The position numbers and the translations under genes were made by a program. A DNA stretch of 63,869 nt, the filler included, from Rhabdomonas costata (lineage: Eukaryota), in NCBI GenBank assembly GCA_019059605.1. It is 50 parts of 50 records of this genome, joined end to end, with 100 filler letters (N's around TTAATTAATTAA, not from the genome) between each part and the next. Parts side by side here need not be neighbours in the genome. Positions count along the whole stretch, not along the records: positions 47,337 to 48,515 come from JAHMHO010024825.1; positions 48,616 to 49,794 come from JAHMHO010024826.1; positions 49,895 to 51,074 come from JAHMHO010024827.1; positions 51,175 to 52,353 come from JAHMHO010024828.1; positions 52,454 to 53,632 come from JAHMHO010024829.1; positions 53,733 to 54,911 come from JAHMHO010024830.1; positions 55,012 to 56,189 come from JAHMHO010024831.1; positions 56,290 to 57,468 come from JAHMHO010024832.1; 42 more parts are not named here. One strand, 5' to 3'. The notes below the pieces were generated by a model that did no database searches, was not told the DNA's origin, and saw nothing but the letters and a program-made list of their open reading frames with translations. Shown here piece by piece: positions 48,411-60,400 of this stretch; position 1 is the first letter of the stretch; each line of letters opens with the position of its first letter.

Positions 48411-51400
48411 GTGTGCCCTTTTTTCCTCTGTGCATAACCCCAACCCATAATGTTGACCGACCCCGGTATTCTAATTCTCAGCTCATGCCCATATCTAATT
48501 GTCACAACCCCCCCCNNNNNNNNNNNNNNNNNNNNNNNNNNNNNNNNNNNNNNNNNNNNTTAATTAATTAANNNNNNNNNNNNNNNNNNNNNNNNNNNNN
48601 NNNNNNNNNNNNNNNGGTGTATGTGAGTGCGGGTGTGAGTATGTGCGTGGGTCTGCGAATAGTGTGAGTCGGTAAGTGGGCGAAATGATTGATACTGGGT
48701 GTTTACTTGTGGCGACAAATTTTGTTGGTGCGTTTGATGCCCCATTCCGGCCCCCGTCCGCTTCCCACCTTGTTTTCTACTTTGTGTCTGTGGTGTGACC
48801 CCTTGCGTTAGTGCTGTCCTGGTTATTTCTTATGCATGTGCAGTCTTGCTTTGCCTGTTTTGCTCACAGTTTTTCCCTGGTCAGGGTGAAGGGAACCAAT
48901 TGTTGTGCGGCGTAGTTGTGGTTCTTGACCCTTTTTCATTGGGCAATGGTGGTGACATTGGGGACTTGATCGAGATTTTTCCAGCATATTTCACACGGAT
49001 GCCAGCTTTTCATTACGTATTCGTCGTTTTCTTTCTCGAAATTTCTGATCATCTGCTGAGAGCAGTCTCGTAAACTGAATTCTGTCTGTTTTATGGGCCT
49101 CAGCTCACTGACACTGACGGAGGGGAGGGATTAAGTTTATGAAACTACCGGAGGGGTTATTGCTGGCTTCCGTCCCCGCAGCTTTGGCCAGTATTTCTTG
49201 GTATTATTCTGGGGCCGTTGCACTGTGGATTCCTGCTGCGCATCTGCTGGTTTTAACCTATTCATGATGGCCGGTTTCGTCGAGACTTCCTCAAGGACAT
49301 CAACCAAATTAATAAAGACAAGCAGGCAGATAGGGTGTCGTGCACACTGTAGCTGCACTATCAGCGGGGGAACGAGGTCTTCGGTTGCTTCGCTTCTTGT
49401 TTGCCATGAGGCAATTGACAGTGTGTCAAGAAAAGGTAATTAGGCTCCCCAGGGCCACATGAGAAAAGCAATTAGCTCGACAGGTCAGACCCTGTTGTTG
49501 TTCTTGTATTTGGGGGGGGGGCAAGACAATGCACAAGCAGTGCAGATTAAGTGCACAGTTTGAAAGCGGGCATTGGTTTGCATTGGAACGGAAGAAAGGA
49601 GACAAAGCGAAACGCTATGTGCTCTGGGATACAAAGCGGATGTGGCAGACAATGGCTGGATGTTGCTCGTTGCTAGTTGCTTTTCTGGTAAGCAGATGGT
49701 GATCGGAATTTTTCTACCCGTTTTCAGACTTTTTTTTTTCATTTCGTTCCAATCATCCGATTCTCCCATGATGACACCCGCCTGATCTTGACTTNNNNNN
49801 NNNNNNNNNNNNNNNNNNNNNNNNNNNNNNNNNNNNNNTTAATTAATTAANNNNNNNNNNNNNNNNNNNNNNNNNNNNNNNNNNNNNNNNNNNNGTGGGG
49901 GGTTTTTTTAACCTTTCTCCCGCCCTGAATCTTGAACTGATGCCAGTGGGTGCGGTTTCTGTGGACTCCCGATGCTAGCCTTGGACCTAATGCTGTGTTG
50001 CTGTTGCACATTCGGTTGCGGTTTTTTTCCATCGACGCTGGCTTCAGTCTAGTAGGCTCCATCAGGTTCTGTGTTCTCAATTGTTGAATCTCGGCTGTAG
50101 TTTCCGCCATTCTTTTGCAATGATACTGATCTCATGCGAAATATCGCCATAAAAGTGTCATGCGATACTGTGCGGAGGGTGCGTCTTCCTTCCCTAAAGG
50201 TTGTTCTGCGTGGGCTGCGGGAGCTTCCCGTACAGCAGCCGCGCTCGGCTCCGAGGCAGAGCGGGAGGTCCGGCGCCCCTGCAGAGGTTCATACGAGCGT
50301 GTTTCTGTTTGAGGGCTGGCCACTTCAGCGGTTTGGTTTTGTATCGAGTGAGCGAGAAATGGAGTCTGATTCCTACTTCTTGATTCCGATTCTTGACTGA
50401 GCGTTCTTGTTCTTGTGTACTTTCCGTCAATGGGCCGTTTGGTAAATTTGGTTTTGTATTTGGACTTGGAGGATGAGGTGTGCCCATTCTGAGCGGCTAG
50501 GGCAACCAATGATGTGGACCGGCGTTAAATTTAATGTGGCAATCTCGAAAGTGGATCGTGTTCTGGTGTTCTGGGGTGTAAACAAGGCTTTCCTTTGTTC
50601 TTTTTTCTGCATACATGCTGTAAGCACAGGACGCACCCCACTCTCCCGCTTAGCCATGTTGTGTCAAAAGGACTATTACTCCTCGGCATCCACCGCTGAG
50701 GAGGCTCTGATGGTGTACGTCAGCGGAGTTCCCTGCCTGGCGGCGCGGTTCAGCTCTTTGGGTACCGCGGGCTATCCGCTGACTGGATTGTTCCCGCACC
50801 ACCTGCTGCCTGCCTCGCTGAGCCCAAGAGGCTGGCTCGAGGACGTCCCTGGGGGTGCGGCTATCTCTTTCTACTTGCTTCTCCCTTACATTACATTCCT
50901 TTCGCGAAGTTTTTCCCCCCCGCTTCCTTTTCCTCTTGAGACATTCTTGCTTGACAGTTGCTCACTACTTTGCTCACTACGTTACTCACTACGTTGCCGC
51001 GTCTTCCATGTATTTCGTGCTTCTTTTTTATGTGATGTTCAGAGTTTTTATTGCTTTACGAAGCAGCGAAAACANNNNNNNNNNNNNNNNNNNNNNNNNN
51101 NNNNNNNNNNNNNNNNNNTTAATTAATTAANNNNNNNNNNNNNNNNNNNNNNNNNNNNNNNNNNNNNNNNNNNNACGGTCGGCCATTCCCAGCGTTTGAT
51201 GAGAGCTTCGGTATTTCACTCTCAGAAGAGTCCGACGGGTGGTCGAAGTATGCCTACTCACTGTCCACTCGGGGTCGAACACGCTGTTTTCTGAGCAGGT
51301 CTCACACCATCGAGTAGAAGTGCTCTCCCTCGCCAATGAAGCAATGAAGCGTCAATTGACAAGAATGTGATCAAGCCTGCGTGAACCTTCATCGTTTGGT

Positions 51401-51449
51401 AAAGGCTAGTGCTCCCCAAACCAGGCGCTTTTATCTTATTACCTCTCAG

Positions 51450-51545
51450 GTCACCAACTCCAAGAACACTTTCTACGCGGTGAAGCGCCTGATCGGACGC
51501 CGCTACAGTGAGGTAGCCAAGGAGCTGAAGAACATTCCGTACAAG
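51450..51545 (+). CDS. Organellar-type Hsp70/DnaK, single 96-nt exon
   Basis: [41 protein letters not shown]. Confidence 0.9.
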
Positions 51546-53040
51546 GTACACAGAAAGCTTTGGCAACACCACACAGTGTTTCATGTTTGGTGTCTCCGGG
51601 TGGCCTTGAGGCCCCGCGAAAAGAAAAGTTCGTTTCGCAAGAGATTTTGGGACTGCAGAAGCAGAGAATGCGGTAACTGCTTCACTCGGGAGTTCATCTT
51701 TCTCCTTCAAGGTTCCTTCAAGGTCCACGGTGGCCGCGCTTCTGTGGGCGGCAGGTGGTTGATATTGATATCCTCAATGTAGTGGGCTTTGCATTTCGTC
51801 ACCGCAATTGCCCGAGTGTAGGAACAATTGTATGGTTGTTGTTGTTGTTTGCGGATTTTTCGAATTGTCGTTGCTGGGCGTTGGAGAAAAAAGGGAGTGG
51901 GGAGGCGGGGCGGAGGCCAATTTGCGGTGCGGCCGGATGAATTGGGACGTTTCATGGTATGTGTGATGCTCTGGTTAGCACTGTTAAACGTTTTGCGGTG
52001 CCAAACAACCGAACCGCTCAGTTTTTTTATGAACCGGTCAGTTTTTTTTGGCTATTTTGTTTTTAGGGAACGGGGGTAAGGTAAATTGTTTATAACTCTA
52101 AATGCATTTGCTTTAGCAAAATGGGGTTATGTGTACCATTTTTCTGCCTTCTACAGACTGTAGACGGTGATTCAGTTGAAGAGGGGTCAGGAAAATTTAT
52201 GACTGTTTAGCAGTGCTAAACGTTTAGCGCCCTGCGCACAGAAAAAATAAAGCTGAAGAGGGCTCGTGCGCCAGCCTGATGGCCATGGGTACAGCTGGAG
52301 TTTGGTATTTGAAAGACCTTACCCTCTTTTGCCATGGTGGGTGCAACCACAAANNNNNNNNNNNNNNNNNNNNNNNNNNNNNNNNNNNNNNNNNNNNTTA
52401 ATTAATTAANNNNNNNNNNNNNNNNNNNNNNNNNNNNNNNNNNNNNNNNNNNNCCACTCAATCAATGGTACCCGTTACCATTGATATCCTTTACTCCCAC
52501 CCAACTTCCATTGACTGACATGGGCTGACATGTGTGCTGGACTCCTGCTTCCCCTGAAGCCACACACCACCACTGCTACCACCCACACCCACGAAAACAG
52601 GCAAACAGGCAACCAAAGTGCTCCAGGGAGGAGGGTGGGATGCTGAAGAAATGGTAGAAGGAGCAGCACGTTTCTGCAAAACGCGGGCGAAGGGTGAATG
52701 GACTTGGCTCACTGTGGTTTGCAAAAGTTCTCTCTCCCCCAACCAATTGCAGCACTCTTTCCACCACTCTGGCCAATGCTGACGCGTCTTGATTCTGTCC
52801 ATGTCCTCCTATTTGGCGTACTTCCGATTCCGATTCCTCCTATTTCCAGCCCCTCCATTTTCTTCAGCTCGCACCTTAGGCACATTCGATACTTCGGTCT
52901 ATTTTGCTTTCACCGATGCAAATCCTGGCGTGCTGATTTGCAGCCTTGCTGGTTCGTAGCTGTGACCAAGGGATGCGGGGAAGACAGTGAGCCTGTGGTG
53001 TGCAGGAGTGGTAAGGGGGTGCACAACATCTTCCCAGAAC

Positions 53041-53628
53041 CTGCGAACGGGACGCGGCTGGGGTCGTCACAGCAGAGTTCAGCGACCTCCACGGGCTTAG
53101 TGGCGCCGTACGCCCGGGCCACCTCCATGGGCTGCAGGCACCCCAGTATCAGGATCTTCCGTGTAGTGTACAGCTGGTGCATTACCGGCTTCAATGGGCT
53201 GTGACTGAGAATAACCTGTGACCCGCGCAAGGGAATAGCACTGCCATGTCTCCAAGATCCAAGTGAAGGCAAAGCACAACGAGGAGAGGAAGTCATGCGA
53301 ACAGAGACTGGATGGATGAATGGATGAATGGATGGAGTAAAGGCTTCAGAGAGACCTGCTCAGGGTGGATCGGGAGTTCCAGGATATCGCCCAGCCGAGA
53401 GGCCACCTTGGCCTCCGTCCGGCCCCCGCCGTTGGTGAGGAACACAAACGGGATCCCAGCCTGGACCAGTCTAAGGATGCTCTCGCGGGCGCGCGGCAAT
53501 GGCTCCCGCCCGCGCAGCACGACCCCATCAATGTCAAAAGAGACCGCGGCTTGGGGAAACGCGGAGCCGCCAGCGGACGCAGAGGACAGCGAACGACGAG
53601 CCCCACATCGGCGAATAGAGCCCCCCAA
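53041..53628 (-). CDS. HAD class IIA hydrolase, HDHD5/CECR5-like; exons (contig edge)-53356 and 53215-53041
   Basis: SFDIDGVVLRG..PLP.A...L....IPFVFLTNGGG..E.....L...L.....PEQ|VILSHSPL; Arg/Ser-rich leader resembles a mitochondrial targeting peptide. Confidence 0.9.
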
Positions 53629-54480
53629 GTGTNNNNNNNNNNNNNNNNNNNNNNNNNNNNNNNNNNNNNNNNNNNNTTAATTAATTAANNNNNNNNNNNN
53701 NNNNNNNNNNNNNNNNNNNNNNNNNNNNNNNNGTTGGTGTGGGGATTACATGGCAGATTAAGATTTGAAGAGAGGGCGCCGAGTGACATCAGCAAACTGG
53801 AAAAAACGGTTTCGGATTCGAAAGCCCCCGCTGAAGGCAGATAATCCCGCCTCCAAATTATTGCCTTGTACACGCGGTGTGTTTGAGTGACTGTGAGAGG
53901 GTGAGGGTGAGCGAGCGAGCGAGCAAGCGTGTGTGTGTATGTGTGGTTGTGCGTGTGGTTGTGTTTATGCGAACGCAGGCAGCAGGAGTAATTTCGGAAG
54001 GCTCACTGGAGGCAGAAAAGACCCCAAAGCAATACTTGGCGCTAGTACTGAACATGCGCATGGTGCCAGACTGAATATGGAATGCCCTTTCGAGGTTTGT
54101 ATGGGACCTACCTCCAACTTTGGTACGGCGGTGCCAGTGCGAATCCGAATCTTTTGCAAACGCTGGCATGCCCCGCCACACACCGTGCATATTGCTTGCT
54201 ACCCCTCAGAAAGGCCCTATCGGACACAAACTACTTTACAGGAGCCCGATTTTCAATTATGTGCATATTTTTACCAGACCTGGAGTTCGGCCTGAAATCC
54301 ACAGCCAAGACCCAAAAATCTGATGCTCATCCATCCCCGAATACGCGGCTGTAGTACATTCGACAGACGACGGTTCTCTGCCGTAAAGGGCCCTGCAACC
54401 AGGTGGCAAGCAAATCCCGCAGAAGACTTCCTAAGCAAGCTCTCAAGAGAGGAAGTGATGTTGAATGGTTTTGGTCTTAG

Positions 54481-54681
54481 GTGGAGGAGCTGCGGGAGGC
54501 CAAGGCGGCGCTGCTGCGGAAGCTGCGGTCGGTGGAGGCGGCGAAGGCGTTGGAGGATCGGCTGGGGCGCCGCCACGATGGCGCCCTGGAGGGCCTGGAG
54601 AGGGAACGCGCTGAGCTGGCCCTGCAGCGCGAGGCCCTGCGAAAGGAGCGAGAAGAGCTGAAGCGCACCCAGGACCTCGAG
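54481..54681 (+). CDS. Coiled-coil exon (67 aa)
   Basis: TAG|VEELREAKAALLRKL...ELKRTQDLE|GTATAT, strongly GC3-biased. Confidence 0.7.
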
Positions 54682-56289
54682 GTATATGTGTCCGGGTGTT
54701 TCAAAATCGACTGTGATCTTGAGGCCCCGCGTGGGGCACTGAGCTGTTTGCTCTGGCTGCAACTGCCGCATTCGCGGCTGATGCATGAGTCTCGTTAGTC
54801 TGCGCTTTTCTGACTGGCGAGCCGGGGAGTGACCCCCGACCAGAAGCTGAATGAGTCCTAACAAAGTGCACGGCTGGAAATCCGTGCGCCACGCACGACT
54901 CACCCAACCCCNNNNNNNNNNNNNNNNNNNNNNNNNNNNNNNNNNNNNNNNNNNNTTAATTAATTAANNNNNNNNNNNNNNNNNNNNNNNNNNNNNNNNN
55001 NNNNNNNNNNNGCCAGGCCTTTGGGACCTCCGAAAAACACCACCTCATATTATGCAAGGGGATGCCGCCAATAGGCGCGATGATGCGCTGCCTGGGTGAA
55101 AACCTTACGCGATAAGGCAAGCCAGACATGCGCAGGAGCGCCTCTCCAAAACCACTAACTCCATCCATTGGATATCGGAAAAAACCATCACACCATGGAC
55201 AATAATCGCCATGTTAATCCTGGATCATCCGCATGTGAAATAGCGGCCACACAAGTAGTATGACGCAGCGGCGGCGCCCATCACTTGAGACCACCAGCCC
55301 TTCCTGGCCCCATGGCTTTGGACACCTTCCGGTCCCACAACCACATTTAGCAACACCCTACCTTTTCCCCTCCGCATCCACATCTGGATCTACCCAAAAC
55401 CCCACTTTTGTGCATCAGTACAAACCTTGTCAGGCTGTGGTGTCATGCCTCCTTTCAACTTCGCAGCATTTCCACCCTGGAAATGGAACCAAACTTCAAG
55501 TCCTCCTTGTGCCTTCGCACAGTGGCTTCCCTGCTACCGGAGCCTCCCAAGGCACTCCCAGCAATCATCCATCCACCATCTCCAAATGCATCTTCATCGC
55601 CATGTGGCGGGCGCAACATAAAGTTGCAGTACACCAGAAAATGCATAGTGCTGGGCATTCTCTGACTTCATTTGTTCCATCGCCTCGAAGAACGCCCGTC
55701 CTGGTTCACCATTCAGCCGTTGACAACGCCATCCTCCAAATTCCCGTGATCCCTCCGCAACCACGGCTCCACGTTCCGTGCAACCGCCGACTACCTGCGG
55801 CGAGCCCCGACTGCACGAAACTAATTATCCTCATCCTCATCCTCTTACACACCGGTAGAACGTATATCTCCACCAGAAGCAGCAGCTCAGCACCACGCGG
55901 GTCCTCCACATATCCCATGCTGATCCACCAACCTCACGCCCTTCGAAGTCCCACAATACTTCAGTTGGCCGCTGGCTGGAGGCTGACTGCCCACAGGCTG
56001 ACTGCCACCACATCATACTTACGTTCCCGCCGTTTCAGCATTGGCCACCCACTGAACCTGCGCATCTAGAGCCCCGAACCCAGCCGCCACGACCCCTGGA
56101 ACCACCACACGTGGCTACAAGCTTCCAGCCGCCGTACTCAATGCTCCGCCCGGCGGGGGTCACGGACCCGGGTGAACCCCAACACCCCCNNNNNNNNNNN
56201 NNNNNNNNNNNNNNNNNNNNNNNNNNNNNNNNNTTAATTAATTAANNNNNNNNNNNNNNNNNNNNNNNNNNNNNNNNNNNNNNNNNNNN

Positions 56290-57468
56290 AAATGGAAAAA
56301 TACAACTGGTTTGTTAAGTGTTTCTTTAAGCGACGTGAATATTACGTCTGTATCAAATAATCAATTACTTATATATGATTCTGCTTCTAGTAAATGGATA
56401 AATTCAAGTGCATTATTAGATACTGTTTTTACTTTGGAAAATAGTACAGATAAAACTAAGAAAGTACAACTGTCATTATCAGAAATTACAAGTGGAGAAA
56501 CAAGAATCTTAACTGTTCCCGATGCCTCTTGTGTCCTTGTTGGAGACACTAATGTTCAGACTTTAACTAACAAAACATTAGTTGATCCATCAAATATTAT
56601 CATGGCTACTTCATTAAAATCTGCGACATCAAATATTGATATATCATCTGCAATCGCTCCTACAAGTAATCAGGTATTAACAGCTGTTAATCCTACATCT
56701 GCAAATTGGCAGACTTTGGATTCATCCTTTTTATCTGATTTCGCCTTATCATCGCCATTAAATAATCAATTAATGGTATTTAACTCAGTATCAAATAAAT
56801 GGATGAATGCAGATGGTCTTTTAAGTATATCTCTTGCTGATGTGGCGATTACATCTCCACAAGATCATCAATTACTTGTTTATGATTCTGTAACAAATAA
56901 ATGGATAAATACAACTGGATTATTAAATGTTTCTTTGGGCGATGTGATATTCACATCGCCGTTAAATCATCAATTACTTATTTTCGATTCTGCATCTAAT
57001 AAATGGATCAACACATCCGGATTATTAAGTGCTTCTTTATCTGATGTGGAGATAATATCTCCATCTGATCATCAACTAATTGTTTATGATTCAGTGTCGA
57101 ATAAATGGAAAAATACAACTGGTTTATTAAGTGTATCATTATCAGACGTGAATATCACGTCTGTGTCAGATAATCAATTACTTGTATTTGATTCTTTATC
57201 TGGTAAATGGATCAATTCAAGTACCTTATTTGATACAGTATTCACTCTTATAAATAATACTGATAAAACTAAGAAAGTACAACTGTCATTATCAGAAATT
57301 ACAAGTGGAGAAACAAGAATATTGACTGTTCCCGATGCTTCTTGTGTCCTTGTTGGAGATACAAATGTTCAAACATTAACCAATAAAACATTAGTTGATC
57401 CATCAAATATTATCATGGCTACTTCATTAAAATCTGCAACATCAAATATTGATATATCATCCGCTATT
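56290..57468 (+). CDS. AT-rich, intronless, nested-repeat protein (virion fibre/structural-like), open across the contig
   Basis: 34-aa units LL.xSL.DV.ITSP..HQLL.YDS.SNKW.NT.G (102-nt period) inside a 271-aa (813-nt) super-repeat that also contains DKTKKVQLSLSEITSGETRILTVPDASCVLVGDTNVQTLTNKTL and SSAIAPTSNQVLTA...ANWQ. Confidence 0.85.
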
Positions 57469-60400
57469 NNNNNNNNNNNNNNNNNNNNNNNNNNNNNNNN
57501 NNNNNNNNNNNNTTAATTAATTAANNNNNNNNNNNNNNNNNNNNNNNNNNNNNNNNNNNNNNNNNNNNGTTTTGTTTTTGGACTTTCCGTTCCTTCTTGC
57601 CGAGACAAGGGAGAACGGAAAGTCCGACAACAACCTCATGGTCTTTTCCTGACGCCCATGAGAAAAAGGAGGCTCAATAAATTCCGTGTGAAAAGTCCAA
57701 GAAAAACAAAGATAGATTCTCTTGGTTGGGGACACTCAAAAATTCCTGGTTGAGTATACTGTCGCTGTCGCCCGCGCTACAGTACGGCATGCGTCAGCAG
57801 CGAGTTTGGAAGCGTGTCCTCGACCCTTCACCGCTTCACTTGTAGTCGTGCGGTGGACCGCCGACTACAGCGATCAACGATTAACTGTAGTTTGAGGATA
57901 TCTCTTGGAGGTGTTGAGGAAATCTCCTCCAAGGCATTGGCATCGTTGTTCCTCAACGGGGCTCAGGGCGGGCTTATCCGCTTGACGGCAAGAAGAACTT
58001 GATTGACAAAGGAGTCCACGGCACAGTAGGTCACGTTGTGCATCGAGACAAGCAAAGGGTTCGGAGGGCCCACGAAGGGCCGGAAAAGCTGCAAACACAA
58101 AAGAAAGAGTGAGCTGAAGCAGAGCACGCACAATCCACCCCACCCACAGCGCCACAGCAGCTCAGCTCTCCCGTCATTTGGGAATCGAGATTGAATTTTC
58201 AGAAAGGCTGAAACGGAGTTGCATGAATTCACTACAAATTTGACAGCCAAAGCACAGCAAAAATCACACTCTCAGATAGCCTTCGCTCTGGAATTGCCAA
58301 CCATAGGGATAACTGCCTCCCTCCATCACTCCCCCCTCTCTCCCCGTCGCTCCCAAGGCTGGCAATGCGAAATGGATCGACGGTGAGGGCCGACGAGCAC
58401 CTGCATAAGCACTGGCCCCATGGCCTCCAGCGTGCGCACCGTCTCCCACACCACAACAATGGGGTGCACCGCCTCGGCATACTCCTGCACCGAGCAGAGC
58501 GGGGCCGAATCCACCGCAGCTGCCGAGCCACCCTGCAGAAGGAGACCCAAGCCCAAATCCCAAACCCCACGGCAGCGCCGTGCGCGGCAGTGTGAGCCGG
58601 TTCTTCGTTCAACACCCGAGAAGCTGACACCATCAGAGGGACTCAAACCAAACTGTGCGTGCAAATAGTGTCGAAGGAGCTGGGAGGGCACTTTCGCCCT
58701 GGGATGGTCTGAGTTCAACTCCAACAAAGAGAGTAGGCAACACCAACNNNNNNNNNNNNNNNNNNNNNNNNNNNNNNNNNNNNNNNNNNNNTTAATTAAT
58801 TAANNNNNNNNNNNNNNNNNNNNNNNNNNNNNNNNNNNNNNNNNNNNTTTTGGTTTGAAGCCATCAAAGCACGGAAAGAGCGATTAATGGTGCTGCCAAG
58901 GGCCCGGATGGTGTTGGCAAACACGACGGCGTTGGTTAAAACTTCTGTTGTGCGGGCTCTTTCCAACCGAAGCCTTGCTGGAGGGCAGCCCATGTGTGTT
59001 GAAAACCCGCGTCCCGGGAAACACATGGCGCCATGTTTCCGCTCCACCCGATTTGGAAACATCTTCTGGCGGGGTTGTTTTGTGCGATGGTGCCTGGGTT
59101 AGTTGCGGTGGTTCGATGTTGGAAGATCGTTCCTGGTACTTCATCTTGGGCCGTGAATCGACAGTGGGCCCCTTTCAAGGTCGAAAGGTTGGACCGTGAA
59201 AACCCCCAATTTCTGGAAAGGTCTCCGTTGCCATTGGGATCGATTTTTCTGAATGCGAGCGTTCCTTATGTTGTAGGATGAAGTGCTGATGAATTGATAA
59301 CTGCCGGTCCTCTGCGGGAACAGTTCGTGTTGCTGATGGACATCGTAAAGAACCGCAAGTTGGCGTCCCACGCCGCTTCGTAAGCTGCAGAAAGTTTTGT
59401 TGGCTTCAACTAAATTACTGCTGAGAAATGCGATCAGCGACTGCGTCGGAAAGCTGTCGATGAGCACATTGGCCATCGATAGACTTTGATACACCAGCAG
59501 GGTTCGGATGTCTTAGATTTCCATTGTTGCTGTGGATTAGAAAGGAACTAGACGAGGCTATTGACGGACGACCACATCTCCCCCCCCTCCCACAACCCTT
59601 GGAAATAGCTGCGCCAACACAAATACCTTGGGCGTTGAGGGCAATGCGGCAAAGCCTAGTCACGGAGAGAAGACTGTGTACGGAGACGAGAGCAGGGGAA
59701 TCAACCTACCCTCCTCTCCAAAACGACAAAAATCACAAAGCTCACAAAAACCTAAAACTTGCCGATAAAAAACGCCGTTCAACAAAACCCCACACGCAAG
59801 CTCACTCGGCTCCACTCGCTCACGGCCTGCACCAGGGGGACAGGGGAAGGAGGGCCTGGCCAAACACTGATCTGATGCCCGGACGCGCTCAAAGAAGCGC
59901 TCCCCGCCCCGCGAACAGCACAACAAGCAGCGTAAAATGAACCCGAAAAAAAAGCACCCACTCCAGCTCCAGCGAAAAGCACCCAATTAACATACTGCAG
60001 AAGAGCAGCCGGGTAATGGCAACACCCACACNNNNNNNNNNNNNNNNNNNNNNNNNNNNNNNNNNNNNNNNNNNNTTAATTAATTAANNNNNNNNNNNNN
60101 NNNNNNNNNNNNNNNNNNNNNNNNNNNNNNNGGTGTGTGGGGGTGTTTGTGCATTGCCTGTGGTCCGGATCCTTTTTCGTGGCAGCTTGCCCTTGCACGG
60201 ACACAGTCACACGGCCACTGATGACACACACATGCGCTTACGTCGGAGTTCGGATGCCTTCCTCCATGTACAGATTTCGACACGCCCTCACCCAGCCCGT
60301 GCCTCTGCGCTCGGTTGTCCGCCCTCTTGGAGAGTTTTGTAAGTCCTGGAAAAATCGGAATCATTTCGCATTAAAGCGGTGCTCCCGCTGAGCTGGCAGC

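Noticed and set aside
55012-56189. 269-aa ORF or possible DIRS/LINE relic (similar doubts for 28146-29325)
   Set aside because: No RT, RNase H, integrase or recombinase motif recognisable, and no host codon bias.
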